A stretch of 64,000 nt of DNA from Phoronis australis (GCA_002633005.1 NMRA01000060.1:383357-447356), one strand, 5' to 3'. Shown: positions 13,701-26,794, counted from the stretch's first letter. Numbers and translations: made by a program. The notes: a model not told the origin generated them from the letters alone.

Positions 13701-16700
13701 TAGCAAATGGAGAAAGTTGGCAAACCAATGTTTACATAGTCCAGCTCTCTCATTGTCTGCATTCATCTGATAAGGTCACGCAATCCAGCAATCATGTTGT
13801 AAACAGCGCGCCTGACGCTAATCGATACTTAAAAATACTATTTCCAAATGACTTTGAACAAATGTGGCGACAATGATGTTTTGTATGAAATACTATCGCC
13901 AAAACACTTCGAACAGACATAAACAATTGAGTTTGAGAGAAATTAGACATACTTTCACCTGCCGATTCCTTTGTGTGACTGTAAGCTCCGACTTGCGCAC
14001 TACCACAGCTTTGTGTATAAACACAACAGGCTTGTTTGTCAAGTTTAATCAAATATAATTCTAGATCAGATCGAGATGTCAGAAATTTCTTGCTTTTAAC
14101 AGTGCAAGAGAACGAGTACGTAATGTACTATTTCAATCAATTTTCCTAAATTCTTAAAAAGGCGTATTCATTGTGGTGTCCACTTTGTTGGTGTTGAAGC
14201 GAAAATAATTTTCTCGTGGGCTAGTTCTCTCTGTGTTTGCAACACACTCTTTTTGCATGAATACTTTTGGGTTGTACTGTTGTTAAGTGTTTTGTTGAAA
14301 TTGGAAAGTTTAGTACCCTCCCATGGTAAGGGTTGAGCTCTATGTGTTTTCCAGGCTCATGGCTAGAATTCCTGATTACCCCCTCTGCTTTGTTAACATT
14401 TCATCTATTTAATAGCGTAACATACCATGCCACTAGACTCAAAACCAAGAAATTTCCAACATCAGGATCTTATCTAGAATCACCCTCAAATAAACTTGAC
14501 AAATAAGTCTATTGTGTTGGTACAAAATGCTGTGGTAAGCGGGTTAGAGCTTACAGTCACACAAAGGAATCGAATCAGCAGTTGATAGTTAAAGTCAAAT
14601 TTCTCTGAAAGTCAACTTTTTTCTCCATTCAAACCTTTTAACCTACTCAGGCAGTGTTTTGAGGAACTGGGTGGACTGTTTGCAACAATATTAGAAGCCC
14701 TTGGAAAATGAAAAAGATTAAATTTGGCAATTGTTTTTGTCCAAAATTGGTGAGATTTCTCCTGAACAAAAATTTGTTTTCAGCATGTTGCTGATATTTT
14801 CAGAGTATCACAGAGGGCATTCAAGCACTCAAAAATGACGACCCGAGGAGAGTGAAGGAGGCACTGGAAGGAAGTACTGAATCATTGAAGAAGATGAAAC
14901 AAGCACTCACAAGGATGCATGGTAGGATATTTACGTTTATAACTTTTAAACTGCTCTCCTTCAGGTAAGCTATTTGAAAAAAATGAAGAACTAGGGATCC
15001 ATTTCATGAAAGTAACTTTTAATTCTTAAAGGACTTAAAACAGAAATTTGGTCTTATACCCCCATTTCAAAATGGGCCGTTCCAGATTACACGTTGATAG
15101 AACTCTCCTTTTTCCCAGAGATGAGAATGCGTGTGACCTCTTTTTGGAAGTCGGGCACATTTTTGTGTCTCTTATTGGTGTTGGGAAGGCGAAGAATTTA
15201 ACATCAGTCATCCACTGGTATTTGTCCAGTTTATCAAACTTTTTTCACATCGGAGTTGCAGCTCTCGGCACAGCAGTAATACTTCATTGGCATTGTAACT
15301 TGTGAACCTGCAATGGCACATATGAGGCAGCATGATGGATGTTAATGGCATTTTGGGTAAATACAGTGAGATTGGAGTGTTACTGCATAACCCTATTGTT
15401 GAATAAGGGTTTAGCTAATCCTGAGCTCATCACAGTAGAAATCATTTATAGAAATTATCTCAGTGACTACCAGTTATGTGTCTCTCAGAGACTTTTTTGA
15501 TCAAGTGAGACTTAATTATTTTTCAGACCTATTTGCGTAAAATTTCTGTTTGAAGTATGAAGTCACTTTTGGTGATACAGACCCTAGGGCCACTTGCCAC
15601 AATAAAAACAGCCTTGACATTTGCTTTGGTTGAAAAGACTTTTACCATTGCTACAGAGAACATGTAGAGTTTCACAAGTCAGAAAACAATTTAGAAAGTT
15701 ACAAAGATGGGTAACTTTCAAATTTTGACCACTTTCATTCAATCTGGTTATCTCTCAAATCCAGTGGAATGTTATAATTGTGAAATTTCACCAAGTTAGA
15801 ACACAGTATGGCAGACAAATGAAATTCCATTTTCCATAAATTCATAAAAATAATGCTTTAGAATGCTTGAGTTACACACGGTAACTACTACCATTGATTG
15901 TATTGAGAAATTATGTGCATTTACGTCAATGTTTGAAGACGTCAAAAATGAACAAAGACAGCCTCTGGCTGCAAGTTTTGCTCAGAATTGGTGAGATTTT
16001 ATAAAACGGATTCTATTTGAGAATATCTGGAAAAAGTAAAATGCATTCATTTTGGAGTTTATTTACTTTTTTGGTTGCTAAATTTGCTTCAATCTGGTTT
16101 ACTGGATACATTTGTTTTCTTTTTCAGATTTAGATGTAAGCCATTTCTACAATACATTGAGACCTTTCCTAAATGGGTAAGTGAACTATGAAGCAGCAGC
16201 TATGCTATGCAAACATGTTGAAAACCAAAATATTGTTTACTGACTATTAATCTGTAACATAGTTTAACATCGAAGGTTAGCTCGAAACTTGGGATTAAAG
16301 ATTTGTTTGCTTACTCAAGCATTTTTATTTGGTATTAGTGTCACTGAATATTTTTCATATGTTATTTTTCCAAGCGGGTAACATAGTTTAACATCGGAGG
16401 TTAGCTCGAAATTTGGGATTAAAGATTTGTTTGCTTACTCAAGCATTTTTATTTGGTATTAGTGTCACTGAATATTTTTCATATGTTATTTTTCCAAGCA
16501 GGTAACATAGTTTAACATCGGAGGTTAGCTCGAAATTTGGGATTAAAGATTTGTTTGCTTACTCAAGCATTTTTATTTGGTATTAGTGTCACTGAATATT
16601 TTTCATATGTTATTTTTCCAAGCGGGTAACATAGTTTAACATCAAAGGTTAGCTCGAAATTTGGGATTAAAGATTTGTTTGCTTACTCAAGCATTTTTAT

Positions 16701-19700
16701 TTGGTATTAGTGTCACTGAATATTTTTCATGTTATTTTTCCAAGCAGGTGTCAAATGGACCTATTTTGCATACCTCCATCACGTTGTCTTGGAAACAGTT
16801 TTAATTTGCAATCTAATCCTTCTTTTTTGAATTACATAATGTATAGGTGGGGTGGATCTAGCTCAATATTACCTGATGGTCTCATCTATCAAGGTGTGCA
16901 TGAAAAACCGATACAGGTAAATTGACACTTTGCTCTGTCAAGGAAATGCTTTAATTGCTCATTGCTTAGTGTTTTTTTTCAAATTGTTCTATATTTCTGG
17001 TATGTCAATTGCTGTTTAGAAACTAATCCGACTGTTACCTTGGGACATCCCATTTCACACAATGGCCGGGATCGAACGTTTTGATTTAATTTTGCAATGC
17101 ATTACAAAAAGTCGAGCTGTGAAATAAGGCAAGGTGACACTTTTTGTTTGCCTTGGTTATACTGTGGTCTGAATGGATATCATTTTGGCTTAATAACTGC
17201 TTGTGAATCCGATCTGCCACAATTTTCTGCAATATGTTCTGAAGTTTGTCAAATTTGGCAATTTTTCAAGGGCTCTACATAATGTTAAAAAATACCACGT
17301 GGCTTGTACACTTCTGACATCGCATCTCCTGTACTTTTGGTTTAATACTATGTAGTGTTGTTAGTGGACTGTTAAATGTTTTACGAGAATGATAAAATAG
17401 TTTTCAGTGTTACTTTTAACCCGTTGTTGTTTTACAGTGCATCGGCGGTAGTGCTGCACAGAGCTGTATACTACATTGCTTTGATGAGTTTCTGGGTGTG
17501 GTACACTCTGCAGGTTAGTTTTTACTATCATCATCATATTGTGGGAAAAGAACCTCACATCAAACCTTAGCAATACGACCGTCCTGTATTACACAGTAAC
17601 ACTTGAATCTCGCTGTATTTAGCCACAATGTCACAAGACACGTCTACTGCCTCGTTTTCATCATGCCATTGGAGTTTCACGTGTTATTTGTTGTTGTCTG
17701 ATTCTTTAAAAGTTTTTCTCGGTTGCATTACTCTATTCATCCTTCCAATGCCAACAAAGTATTAAAATTACTGCTGTGCTGTGGGTTGCAACTCTGACGT
17801 GAAAAAGTTTGATAAACTGGATAATTATTAAAATACTCGTGGATGCGTGATCTGAAATTCTTTGCCTTCCTGACATCAATCAGAGACACCAAAATGTGCC
17901 TCACTTCCAAAACGAGGTCACGCGCTTTCTAATCTCCGGGACAAAGGAAAGTTCTATCTCCGTATAATCCAGGACGTCCCTACTAAAAGAAAATTTTCTT
18001 ATTCACAATCTGAAACATGGACTATAAACCAGGTCACTCATGCACCTCTGGTATAAAACGTCTTGAATTTTGGGTACGATGAGAGAAACTGATTCCTTTT
18101 TTATTTCTAATTTTTCAGTGGTCAAGTAAGAAGCGCATGAAAAGGATATTAGTTTTGACAGTGTTGGTCAAGTTTTGCAAATTTTGACTGCTTTGTTTCA
18201 GATAGTACTTTTCTGTTTGTGTTTCTGTGGTGACGTCAGAGGGTAGGCACCGGGATAGTCTCTGGCCCTCCTCCTTCCAGTATCGCACGCAATGTAAATT
18301 TGGAGATGCAACCAAGTTCGTGCTGGTTACACACGCTTCGATCTTTTCCCCTGATACGAGTTTTTGCTGCATCTCCGTATTGCAATCCTCGCTCTACGAG
18401 GCGCGTTCTTGCACATCTCTTCTGCTGTTGTACAGTCTTGGCATCTGTAAGCGATTCACGCACTCTGGAGATTACATCTGCTGGTGTGAGAAGGAGGTCG
18501 GTAATCGTTTCTGCGGTGCCTGCAAGCTCATCCGCCTTGACGTTGAATGAGATGCCGCAGTGTCCTGGTATAAACACTGGTGAAGAGACCATTAATAGAG
18601 GTGAACAGAGGGATCCAGGAATCTTTCACATGACCATCTTTTAGCCTGCTTAGAGGCTGACGGAGTCTGTAAGTAGAAATGATCTGTTTGCAGGTGTTGT
18701 GTTCTGTGAGCACCAGACTAGGGCGTCTTCATATGCTTCATATTCAACTCTAAAAGACGAGTATTTTCCAACCCGTGCTGTTGACCATTCGAAGAGGTGT
18801 AGTCCCTCGCGAGTCCAAGCAACTGCTGGCCAAGCCATAGTGTCATCTCTTAGTGAGCCGTCCGTTGCAACAATGATTGTGGGAGATAGTTCTTCAAGCC
18901 ATTCCAATACAGTTGCTTGGTTGATACAGTCATGCAGCTCTTTCCCGCCAATGACGGCCTCCAATCTCCATGGTGTTGATGACAAAGTTTGTGGCTTTGG
19001 ACCACTCTATGCTGTTGATGCTCTCCACTGGACATACCTCTTCGACAAGCTCCCTAGCTCCGATAACCCATGATTGAACAGTTACCAGCCTCTGTGCAGT
19101 GTGCTCATCACTATGCTCTCTCAAGTCCAGGTACAGAGGATGAGAGTTTGTTGTAGCTGCCTTTAGATATGCTTGGGCTGCTAGTGTCTTCTGTTTAGTA
19201 CGGATGCTATTGATACCTAACCAGTATTGGAGACTGTTTACCGGAGTGGGTCTAGCTGAACTGGTTAATATCCTCATGGCCTGGTTTTGAATCCTCTGTA
19301 GTTTGGTCATTGACTGTTGGGAGGCACAAAGGCACAGATGGAGCCCATACTCAGTTTTTGCGCCGACAGTTGCATTTATGAGCTGCACCAGGCTCTTTTG
19401 TTGGATCTACTGAGCTGCTGCATATCTCAACAGTGACAGACTCTTTGCACCTTTCTCAGCTAGGAATTTGACATGGGAGTTTATCGTCATTCTTCGATCC
19501 ATCTTAATTCCTAGATAGGTAACTTCAGGGACTTGAGGTATCAATAGGCTCCCCTATACCCCAGGGTGAACATGTTTGGGTTGAAATAACCTCGTGAGAC
19601 TAACATCCATTCCCCTTTGTCTGGTTTGATGGACATCTTGTTGTCTTCGGTCCAATCGGCCACACCATTACTTGCTGATTGCATGCCCTCCACGGCATGT

Positions 19701-22700
19701 CGTAAAGTGTTCGCCTCATTAGCGACTATCAAGTCATCAACATAGCTGTAGCTCCACATACACTTGCTGCTTGTATGAGATCTGCCATGTTGACGTTAAA
19801 GAGCACTGAGCTGAGAGGGGACCCTTGCGGGAGGCCTGAGCTTGCTTCAAAGACTTCCACTTGCCGAATTTGAGTTGACATCTGCGGGTATCCAGCAAGA
19901 CTAGGATCCAACGGATCATCATATCAGACACCTCCATTTGGCAAGAATACCCACATCCACTTTGTTGTAGGCATCTTCCAGATCGAAGAGAGCAATTGCA
20001 GTGTGTTGCAAAACCTGCATTTCCTGCTGAATTTCATGCAGTATTGCTTCAATGTTGGAGACAGTGGATCTTCTTGGTCTAGCTCCTTCAACTCTCGGTG
20101 ATAGACAGCCACGTCTCTCTAGGTCATATGCTAGTCGCTGCACTACAATTTTTTCCGTAATTTTTGCCCAGGTGTTCGCCATGGTGATGATTCTGTATCC
20201 TTTCAGTTTGCTATGGTCTTTCATCGGCTTTGGAAGAACCACCATGTTGCAGTCTCTAAGGGCCTGGTTCATGGTCCCATCAACAAGTGAACTGTTTATG
20301 ATCTGAAGGAGCTGGCTCTTCTCCTCAGGGCTCATGCTTTTCAGGTTAGAATATTTAACTCCATCCGGCCCGGGAACTGTGTCTTTACTTATCGAACGTA
20401 GGGTTGCATCTAGTTCTTCAGGTGAGACTGGTTGCTCATTGTTTTGATCATTCTCCTCGATATGCTGGTTCACTGTGCGTAATTCTTGTTGGACAATGTC
20501 AGGGCCATTTGACTGCAGTTGTTTCTGGTATCTTAGAAGGAAGGCTTCGTCACCTTTTTCCTGGTCTGTAGCAAGCGTCTTACCATTAGGTCCCTGGATA
20601 AGCTGAAGACCAGATCCTGCTACGGTTGAGATTCTTTTCATTTCCTTAGCCAGATTCTAGTAGAATTTGCTGGTGATTGATAGGTCTCCGGGGTCTGAAC
20701 TCTGACAGAAATCATCCCAAAGCATCTGTTTGTTCTTCACTACAACAGCCTGATAGTTATAAGCAACAACATCATCGAAGGCCTGGCGTCGCTCATATAT
20801 AATTAGCGGCAAAAACTTGTGACATGTGTTTTTCTGATTTTCACATTTCAGTCTGCATGAAAAGGGAAATTTCTCTTTCAACAGGTACATTTTTTATGAC
20901 AACCAGGCATGAGTCACATGGTATGTCACATGACATGTTGTCTCTTGGACAATTTTGCATGATTGTCTGTATTCAAAGATTTACTCTTTCTTCAGAGTGT
21001 TCAATCAAAATGAATGCTTTAACTGATCTGCAAACACCTTTGATTACTGAGTATTTGCCAAATGTATTTCACTGTCATTCAAAAGTAAAACTGCTTTCTG
21101 CACTGAAATTGGTTCACGCACTAATTGGTAAATGATAACTTTCATTTCAGACAAAACAGAGTTTCTGATGCTTATGAGGAGTTACATGCTACCGGAACAT
21201 AGAAAATTTATTGAAGATATCGGGCTTCATTCAGTAAAAACTTTTGGTAAGTCAAAAAATTCTTATAGAAGCCTTTTTGAAATCTCTTTGTTGGTGACCG
21301 CCATCTGTAGGATGTCTGATGAAACTCAAACATTTTCAAATGTTTCTGTAGTTAAAGACCGCCACTCATGGGCACTGATGACTTAAAATGGATGAGACAG
21401 TTTGCGAACAGTATCACTCCTGCTTTGCGTTATTATGGTAAAAGTGTCTCCATGTGCACAAAATTGTAGAAAATACACAATATTTTTTATCTTTATTTAT
21501 AGGTTATTGTTGCAAAATGGCTTCTGCATGTGTTCAGAGATGTGTGTAAATTAGTTTGTATTATTTTCTTGTTTGTTTTTAGCAGCATACATTTTCCTTG
21601 AAACTGAGCCCGACTCGACATGGAGCATTGATTTGGTCAAAGATTTACTCTCATAATTAATATCACTCTTGAAATATTTTGAGTATTTTTGACCAATAGC
21701 AATTACTAGGTAATTATTTGTTTTGCAATTTATGAAGGCATAAAGTAAATTAATCTTGTTAGATTGATCAAATTCTGACTGACGTGGTCAATATTTTTGA
21801 TAGCGTGTGTTTCTGTTTCTATGTACCAACAGTTCATTCAAGTAGTGACTTGGGACTGGTTGAAAGGTACAACCAGTGTATCGAAGCTCTCACAGACTTC
21901 AGGAGTTATCACTTACAAATAGTTGCCAAGTAAGTTTAAGCAAATCACCGACTGCCATAACCTCTTCTTTGTGGCCTTTGAAAATGATTATGTTGAGCAC
22001 TAAATGATGTACCGACACAAATCAAGAATTACGTTAAGTGTTTGCGTAGAACTGTCTACCAAAATACTTTTCAGTACCTCAGCTCTTAGCTTCTACCATA
22101 TCTCAGTTGTATCTACACAGCCAATAGCAACCAATTGACATAGAGCTCTTTAGTAAAATGACATTGAGAAAGCGACTTGCTTTACCCAATTTCAAATTCT
22201 GGTAAGCATGAAGGGCTTAGTTGACGATGACAACATGCAATTTCTTTCATTCGTGGACTTTTTACATTGAGCAATTTGGTTGTCCTCCAGCACAACTGTG
22301 TAATTTGACGGCGAGATGGTTGCTAAGGATTTATGAATCAGGAAAAATACTCTTACTCTTCCGAGTGTATTGAATGTTTTCCATCAACCACTTAATCGCC
22401 ATCTAACGATAAAACACGGGTCATGATGGGTCATTCTGGCTACTCGGATGACGATGGAACTCCACTTGCACTCAGCTGTAATGATGGGTAATTCTGTCTG
22501 ATCATTTTTGGCATGTACTTCACATTTACAAAATAATTTAAATGACTTCACTATTGTTTAGTTTTTGTATGTTGTGAGCTCCGTGAAGTCTTTGGAGGTA
22601 CATTGTTAACCATCGGAGAGGTCTATATCCATGCATCAGCACCTACGGAAATTTTAAGGAGGCAGTGTGGATTATTGGGATAGGGGGCGCTTCCTTTACC

Positions 22701-23134
22701 AAAGGTCGTGGATTCGAGTCCCACTGGGGCACACTGTTAGACCCTTGAGTCGGGTCTCTAGCTCCTCAGCTTGGTTTTAACTATGGGCCTACATGAGCGG
22801 CCTGCGCACGTGTGGCACAACGTGTACCAGACGCGCCTGCAATTATTTTTTATTAAAAAAAAATGAAATTTATAAAATGATTACACTTGATATTTAATTT
22901 TCTCTCTTGTGAAGTTTTTCTACCTCACCTACCTGATTCATGATGATTTTTTCTTGTAAACCCCCTTTTAATTTCTGCAGGTACATTCTTGTGCCATCAC
23001 AAACGTACAAGAAGAATAAGACGTTCGAAAGTGTGTCTAACCAAGGAACAGGAGGAACAAACTTGATGCCCTTCTTGAAGGACATTCGGAACACGACAAA
23101 ACAGAGCTCTATAGAAGAGAACCCAGAAACGTAG
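7588..23134 (+). CDS. IDO: Indoleamine 2,3-dioxygenase family gene (IDO2-like), 11 identified coding exons, 5' exons not located
   Basis: Exons 7588-7707, 8227-8345, 10849-10863, 12378-12480, 14804-14921, 16128-16176, 16847-16916, 17438-17513, 21151-21246, 21833-21929, 22981-23134 splice GT-AG with matching phases into 1017 nt (338 aa + stop). IDO motifs: RLAHLLL..GYVW, LAVPW..LGLPPV, NWK, LRPFL.GW, GGSAAQS, MRSYM..EHRKF, FRSYHLQIV.KY (proximal haem His), GTGGT..MPFLK. Confidence 0.95.
8227..8345 (+). CDS. IDO: IDO exon (SVPKNLAVPWCGVSNHLGLPPVIVHTSLCMANWKMTDPNG)
   Basis: ccgcag/gtgagc, 119 nt. Confidence 0.95.
8543..9602. mobile_element. MITE-like element in IDO intron
   Basis: TIRs agggctgtttcag...tatgggagggg / ccctcccata...ctggaacagccct with TTA-like flanks. 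Confidence 0.7.
10849..10863 (+). CDS. IDO: IDO 15-nt microexon (G-PYDI-C)
   Basis: ctccttttcatttcag GCCTTATGATATTTG gtaagt; phase 2/2 fits flanking exons and fills the 5-aa gap versus IDO1 KPLTYE. Confidence 0.85.
11242..11317. repeat. Short palindromic element
   Basis: acaggggtccc..tttgagaaccagt / actggttctcaaa..gggccccctgt; related half copy near 48686-48712. Confidence 0.6.
11619..12263 (-). mobile_element. Probable solo LTR
   Basis: TGTAAC...GTTACA termini, 645 bp, near-TSD GTAG/GTAA, AATAAA on - strand near 11721, internal direct repeat cgggaggagcccga x2. Confidence 0.65.
12378..12480 (+). CDS. IDO: IDO exon (NIETIFNFPTGTWGCGWFMRVTIAIELQAADGLK)
   Basis: taacag/gtagga, 103 nt. Confidence 0.92.
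13026..13600. mobile_element. End of a DNA-transposon family also present inverted at ~25560-26012
   Basis: agaaaaatgtccaaatttggctaattt (13045-13071) is the reverse complement of aaattagccaaatttggacatttttct (25969-25995). Confidence 0.55.
14804..14921 (+). CDS. IDO: IDO exon (SITEGIQALKNDDPRRVKEALEGSTESLKKMKQALTRMH)
   Basis: ttttcag/gtagga, 118 nt. Confidence 0.9.
15055..15300 (-). mobile_element. THAP-fragment repeat, copy B
   Basis: MPMKYYCCAESCNSDVKK/FDKLDKYQWMTDVKFFAFP. Confidence 0.75.
16128..16176 (+). CDS. IDO: IDO exon (DLDVSHFYNTLRPFLNG)
   Basis: ttttcag/gtaagt, 49 nt; contains the Arg equivalent to IDO1 R231. Confidence 0.93.
16254..16748. repeat. Tandem repeat, 4 x 124 bp
   Basis: Near-identical units starting gtaacatagtttaacatc at 16254, 16378, 16502, 16626. 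Confidence 0.97.
16847..16916 (+). CDS. IDO: IDO exon (WGGSSSILPDGLIYQGVHEKPIQ)
   Basis: gtatag/gtaaat, 70 nt. Confidence 0.93.
17438..17513 (+). CDS. IDO: IDO exon (CIGGSAAQSCILHCFDEFLGVVHSA)
   Basis: ttacag/gttagt, 76 nt; GGSAAQS signature. Confidence 0.95.
17590..18060 (+). mobile_element. THAP-fragment repeat, copy C
   Basis: ATG CCA at 17748, YCCAVGCNSDVKKFDKLD..WMRDLKFFAF. Confidence 0.75.
18100..20795 (-). mobile_element. Decayed, 5'-truncated non-LTR retrotransposon (RT + RNase H; I/Ingi/R1-group-like) in IDO intron
   Basis: Frameshifted ORF pieces in order: PGPDG, YRIITM, ALFDLEDAYNKV, GLPQGSPLSSVLFN, YVDD, then RNase H motifs VATDGS, SSFRVEYEA, LTDS, FIPGHCGISFNVKADELA; T-rich stretch near 18097-18115 may be the tail. 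Confidence 0.9.
21151..21246 (+). CDS. IDO: IDO exon (DKTEFLMLMRSYMLPEHRKFIEDIGLHSVKTF)
   Basis: tttcag/gtaagt, 96 nt. Confidence 0.94.
21833..21929 (+). CDS. IDO: IDO exon (VHSSSDLGLVERYNQCIEALTDFRSYHLQIVAK)
   Basis: caacag/gtaagt, 97 nt; RSYHL haem ligand. Confidence 0.95.
22660..22860 (+). mobile_element. tRNA-derived SINE relic
   Basis: B-box-like ggtcgtggattcgagtccc followed by cccttgag body and A/T tail. Confidence 0.55.
22981..23134 (+). CDS. IDO: IDO last coding exon (YILVPSQ...GTGGTNLMPFLKDIRNTT...ET*)
   Basis: ctgcag acceptor; GTGG motif; TAG at 23132-23134. Confidence 0.95.
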
Positions 23135-23890
23135 AAACAGCGTGAAAGGTGTGGTAGAGCGCCTTCCATTTAGGATTGTTTTTGGTGGATTTGCTCTCTG
23201 GCTCAAATTCATTTCACACTATACTATATTACTATATCACTGGGTTTCATGATTTGACCCAAAAATGGTTGTTACCTTCTATTTCTACAATTAATTCCTC
23301 CTCCATTTAAACACTCTTTGTGCCACAAAATGGATCCTACAATGCCTTATGACCAGTCTTTCCTTACAATTGTTAATTTACTGACAAAGCGTCAAATTAC
23401 GAGCTAAATAAATGCCGGTTTTGCAGACTTTGTGAGGATTTTTTAAAGTGTCCCAAGTCTTAGGGTTAACGAGGGTTATACATAGCATTATTTTGTTTTG
23501 AAGTAAAATTGAAGTGATTTGTTCGTTGTTAATATTTTCTTGTAGGCTTAAACAGGGTTTAGAGAGTGCAAAATTAATGTGTCTAATGTATTGTCCTGCC
23601 AATACTGTAGTACTTAAGTGTAGTTTTTCTGAGGGGCGATTCTGAGATGTTGAAAGGACAATTGCGAATGGCTTATGTATGATTCATTGTGCCCATGCTG
23701 TCTTCCATCCTGTTGCTGCCCTTCCACAAATTGTTATTGAATTGTAGTGTTTAACTATGATGTAAACATTAAGCAGCATATAAACACTATGGTCATTCTC
23801 ATGTTGCTAGTAATTAATAATTATTAGTTAAGTAATTACCAATTATCGTACAAAATTATAAATAGAATAGCGACCTGTAAGACCAAAATA

Positions 23891-24065
23891 CAGTAAAATT
23901 CGTTCAACTTGGATCCAATGGGGCTGAGAGATTTTATCTGAGTATAGCGAAATGCGACTTGCCTGAAGGACCTGAGTGCACGATCTCCAACATTTTTACT
24001 TCAGAACTTCGTCCGAGTTGAGCAAAGATCTGACTGTATCTGTACGACTTGTGTGGGTTTTACTG
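23891..24065. mobile_element. Tc1/mariner-type MITE
   Basis: TA|CAGTAAAA ... TTTTACTG termini, 175 bp. Confidence 0.6.
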
Positions 24066-26794
24066 TGTAGGCAGCTAGGGAATTTTTATATAAACCTATC
24101 TCAAGTTTAGACTACCTCACGCAGTAGTATTATCTTCTTTGGCAGCTGTTAGTATTTTGAGATGGTGTGCAAACTGATTGAATATTTGGGATCATATGTG
24201 TTTGTGTGAGTGTGTAAAATTTATTTATAATGTGATCAAATGTGTGGCTGATGCTTGACTCGTATTTTTTGACCAATTTTTTTAATAAGTTCACTTTGTC
24301 ACTAACTCATTATATATAAAGTGTTTTTAAAGGTGTTGTTTAAGGGAGAAAGCGACCATTTATTGATGTTATGGTTAGTAAAAGTACTGACATACGTCTT
24401 TACAAGGACACTTGGGATCTGTAGATTTACTAAAGATAACATCAAAAAACGGTTATACATTCCTCCTTAAGGTGTCCTTGTAGTCAGTGTAAACTCCTTG
24501 GCATTCACTGACCACTGAACAGACAGCGTTGATGTCAAGAACACATGAATGGAAAAGAGGGTGATAACTTTATAGTCTAGGTAATGCAAATTCTTTGAAA
24601 ATTTCTGTTGACGTAATTATTTGTTAAGCAGCATACAGCACATGTGAGAAGAACCATCTCCTGAGTAACAAAACTTCTGCAGTTTTACAAATTTTCAGTT
24701 TTCGTTATTGTGAATTCTTTCTTGGTGAAGAAGTGTCCACCTGCCATAGACTCATCATGTCCAGTTCAACATTGTTAAATGAAAGAACTTTTTCAGTTTA
24801 TACTTGATATTTTTTATTCAATTGAAATGAAATAATAATCGTTTTTGAAACTTGATAGTTCTTGATAGACACGCTGTTATATTGCAATTGTTTTCCACCT
24901 TTTTGCTATACATGTTCATACCCAGTTGTGGACCAATTCTTTGACCAAGTGTTTATGTTACAAATAATTTAGTGAGATGCCGGCAACAATATATTTTATA
25001 CTCATTTTCAATTGTTTTATTTCTGATTTCTGTCTTCTGTGTTTGCTCTGGTTCTCCCTTTGTTCAGGGCTTGGAATGACCTATGACAGAAAAAGAGGAA
25101 AATTTTCCAGGTGACGTATCATTCTACAAATAAGCTTATGTGATAGAAATATTTATTGTGTTGTAAAATTTAACTACAAGAAACATTTTTTGCATGAATA
25201 AAGTCAAAATAATGATAAAAAAGAAATGAAGAAAAGTAAACTGGAAATCAAGTGAGAGGAAATTGAAACCAAATGGTAAAATTAATCCTCTTAAAAGAGG
25301 AAAATACCAAGCCGTTCTGTGGTTAAAACAATGTTTTATTTCTAAATGATCTTTGTGGTATTGCTTTTTGATGAAAACAGTGTTTGTAGTCACGTTAATC
25401 ACAAAATAAACATCTGATGTGAAGAAATTTGTCTTTCAATGTTTTTGCTTTTAAATTTTGTACTTAATGTTCACGTTATATAGCATCTTATCGATAAGTA
25501 TTTATTTTAAATTAGCTACAAATAAAAAGGTATAGATTTTGAAATTCAAAAATGCGTGTTTAAAAACTTTTACTTCAACCTTTGGTAATGTTACCATTGT
25601 TTTACCTTGAACGAACCTTTTTTCCTAAATTTCACTGAAAAGACATGGTCACATGACCCACTTAGTGGGAGATAAGTATAAATTTAGGCTTCTGGAGGCT
25701 TTGTTCTTTCAGAAAATTTCTACTTTTACTTATTTTAAGATGAAATCAGTCAAAAATTCTAACATTTTTCTAAATATCAATTCGTTTTTGTTTCATGCGC
25801 ATTTTTTCATAAAGATCCTAAAAGACCTATTTCTGATAGCCCCTTGTGCAAAAGCAGAACATGTTAAGAAAAATTCCTAATAATTTTGGAAAAACAGTGC
25901 ATAAAACATAGTATCTGAAAGTTTTATATGAAGAATACAATTGGTCAATTCTGAGATACGATGTTCTGAAATTAGCCAAATTTGGACATTTTTCTAGGGT
26001 CCAACATAATCTTTTTTGAGTATAGACTACTTCTCACTTCTTTGTATCATTTGAAATGACACAATGATCAATGAAAGAACAGTGATGCCATTGGCCAGCA
26101 CTTGTGATCCAACCAATGGTACTAAATCACAAAGTAGCTAGATATTAAATATTTATTACCCGTCAATCACAAAGTCAATAGAATTACTATACAGAAAAAT
26201 AGCAACTCATTTTGTTTCTAGGACTAAGAAAACTTGTATCCAACAGTCACTTAAAACTGCAGTAATCTATTTCAATCTATAGTACTCATCACAAATAAAA
26301 ACTTGAGACGAACTAAAAGTCGGGTTTGCAATATGCTAGGCTCTCTTGCAACACATGTAAGCTCATGATTGGATAACTGTGAACTCAAATGTGAGGTCAA
26401 CACACAACACTTATCCAATAATAGCATAGAGATAAGTAGAGTGCGAGTCCAATGAACTGAACATGAGACGATGTGTTAAACAGTTTGAGGTATGAACAAG
26501 AACTATATACAGGTTTTATACAATGCTTAATCTTTCCCTGAGGTAGGAACAGAAAAACAGGACATGTCACAAATGTATAAACTCTCTTAGTATACCACCT
26601 GGGAGTAAATTTTTATGCCATCTTGATGTGAACTTTAGTCCTCCTGGAAAAGAACTGGTATGCTGTTGCTTGACAATGTCATGTTTTCTATTGAACAACA
26701 TCATTCAATCGTAACCACTTGTTCCTTGTCCATTTGCATTGTTAAAATGACTGATATCACTCTAATTCTTTTACCCAAATAACAAGGGGAGGAA

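Noticed and set aside
14784-14803. Upstream alternative acceptor for IDO exon at 14804
   Set aside because: Adds 20 nt and breaks the frame
16254-16748. CRISPR-like array
   Set aside because: Head-to-tail 124-bp units without unique spacers, in a eukaryotic intron
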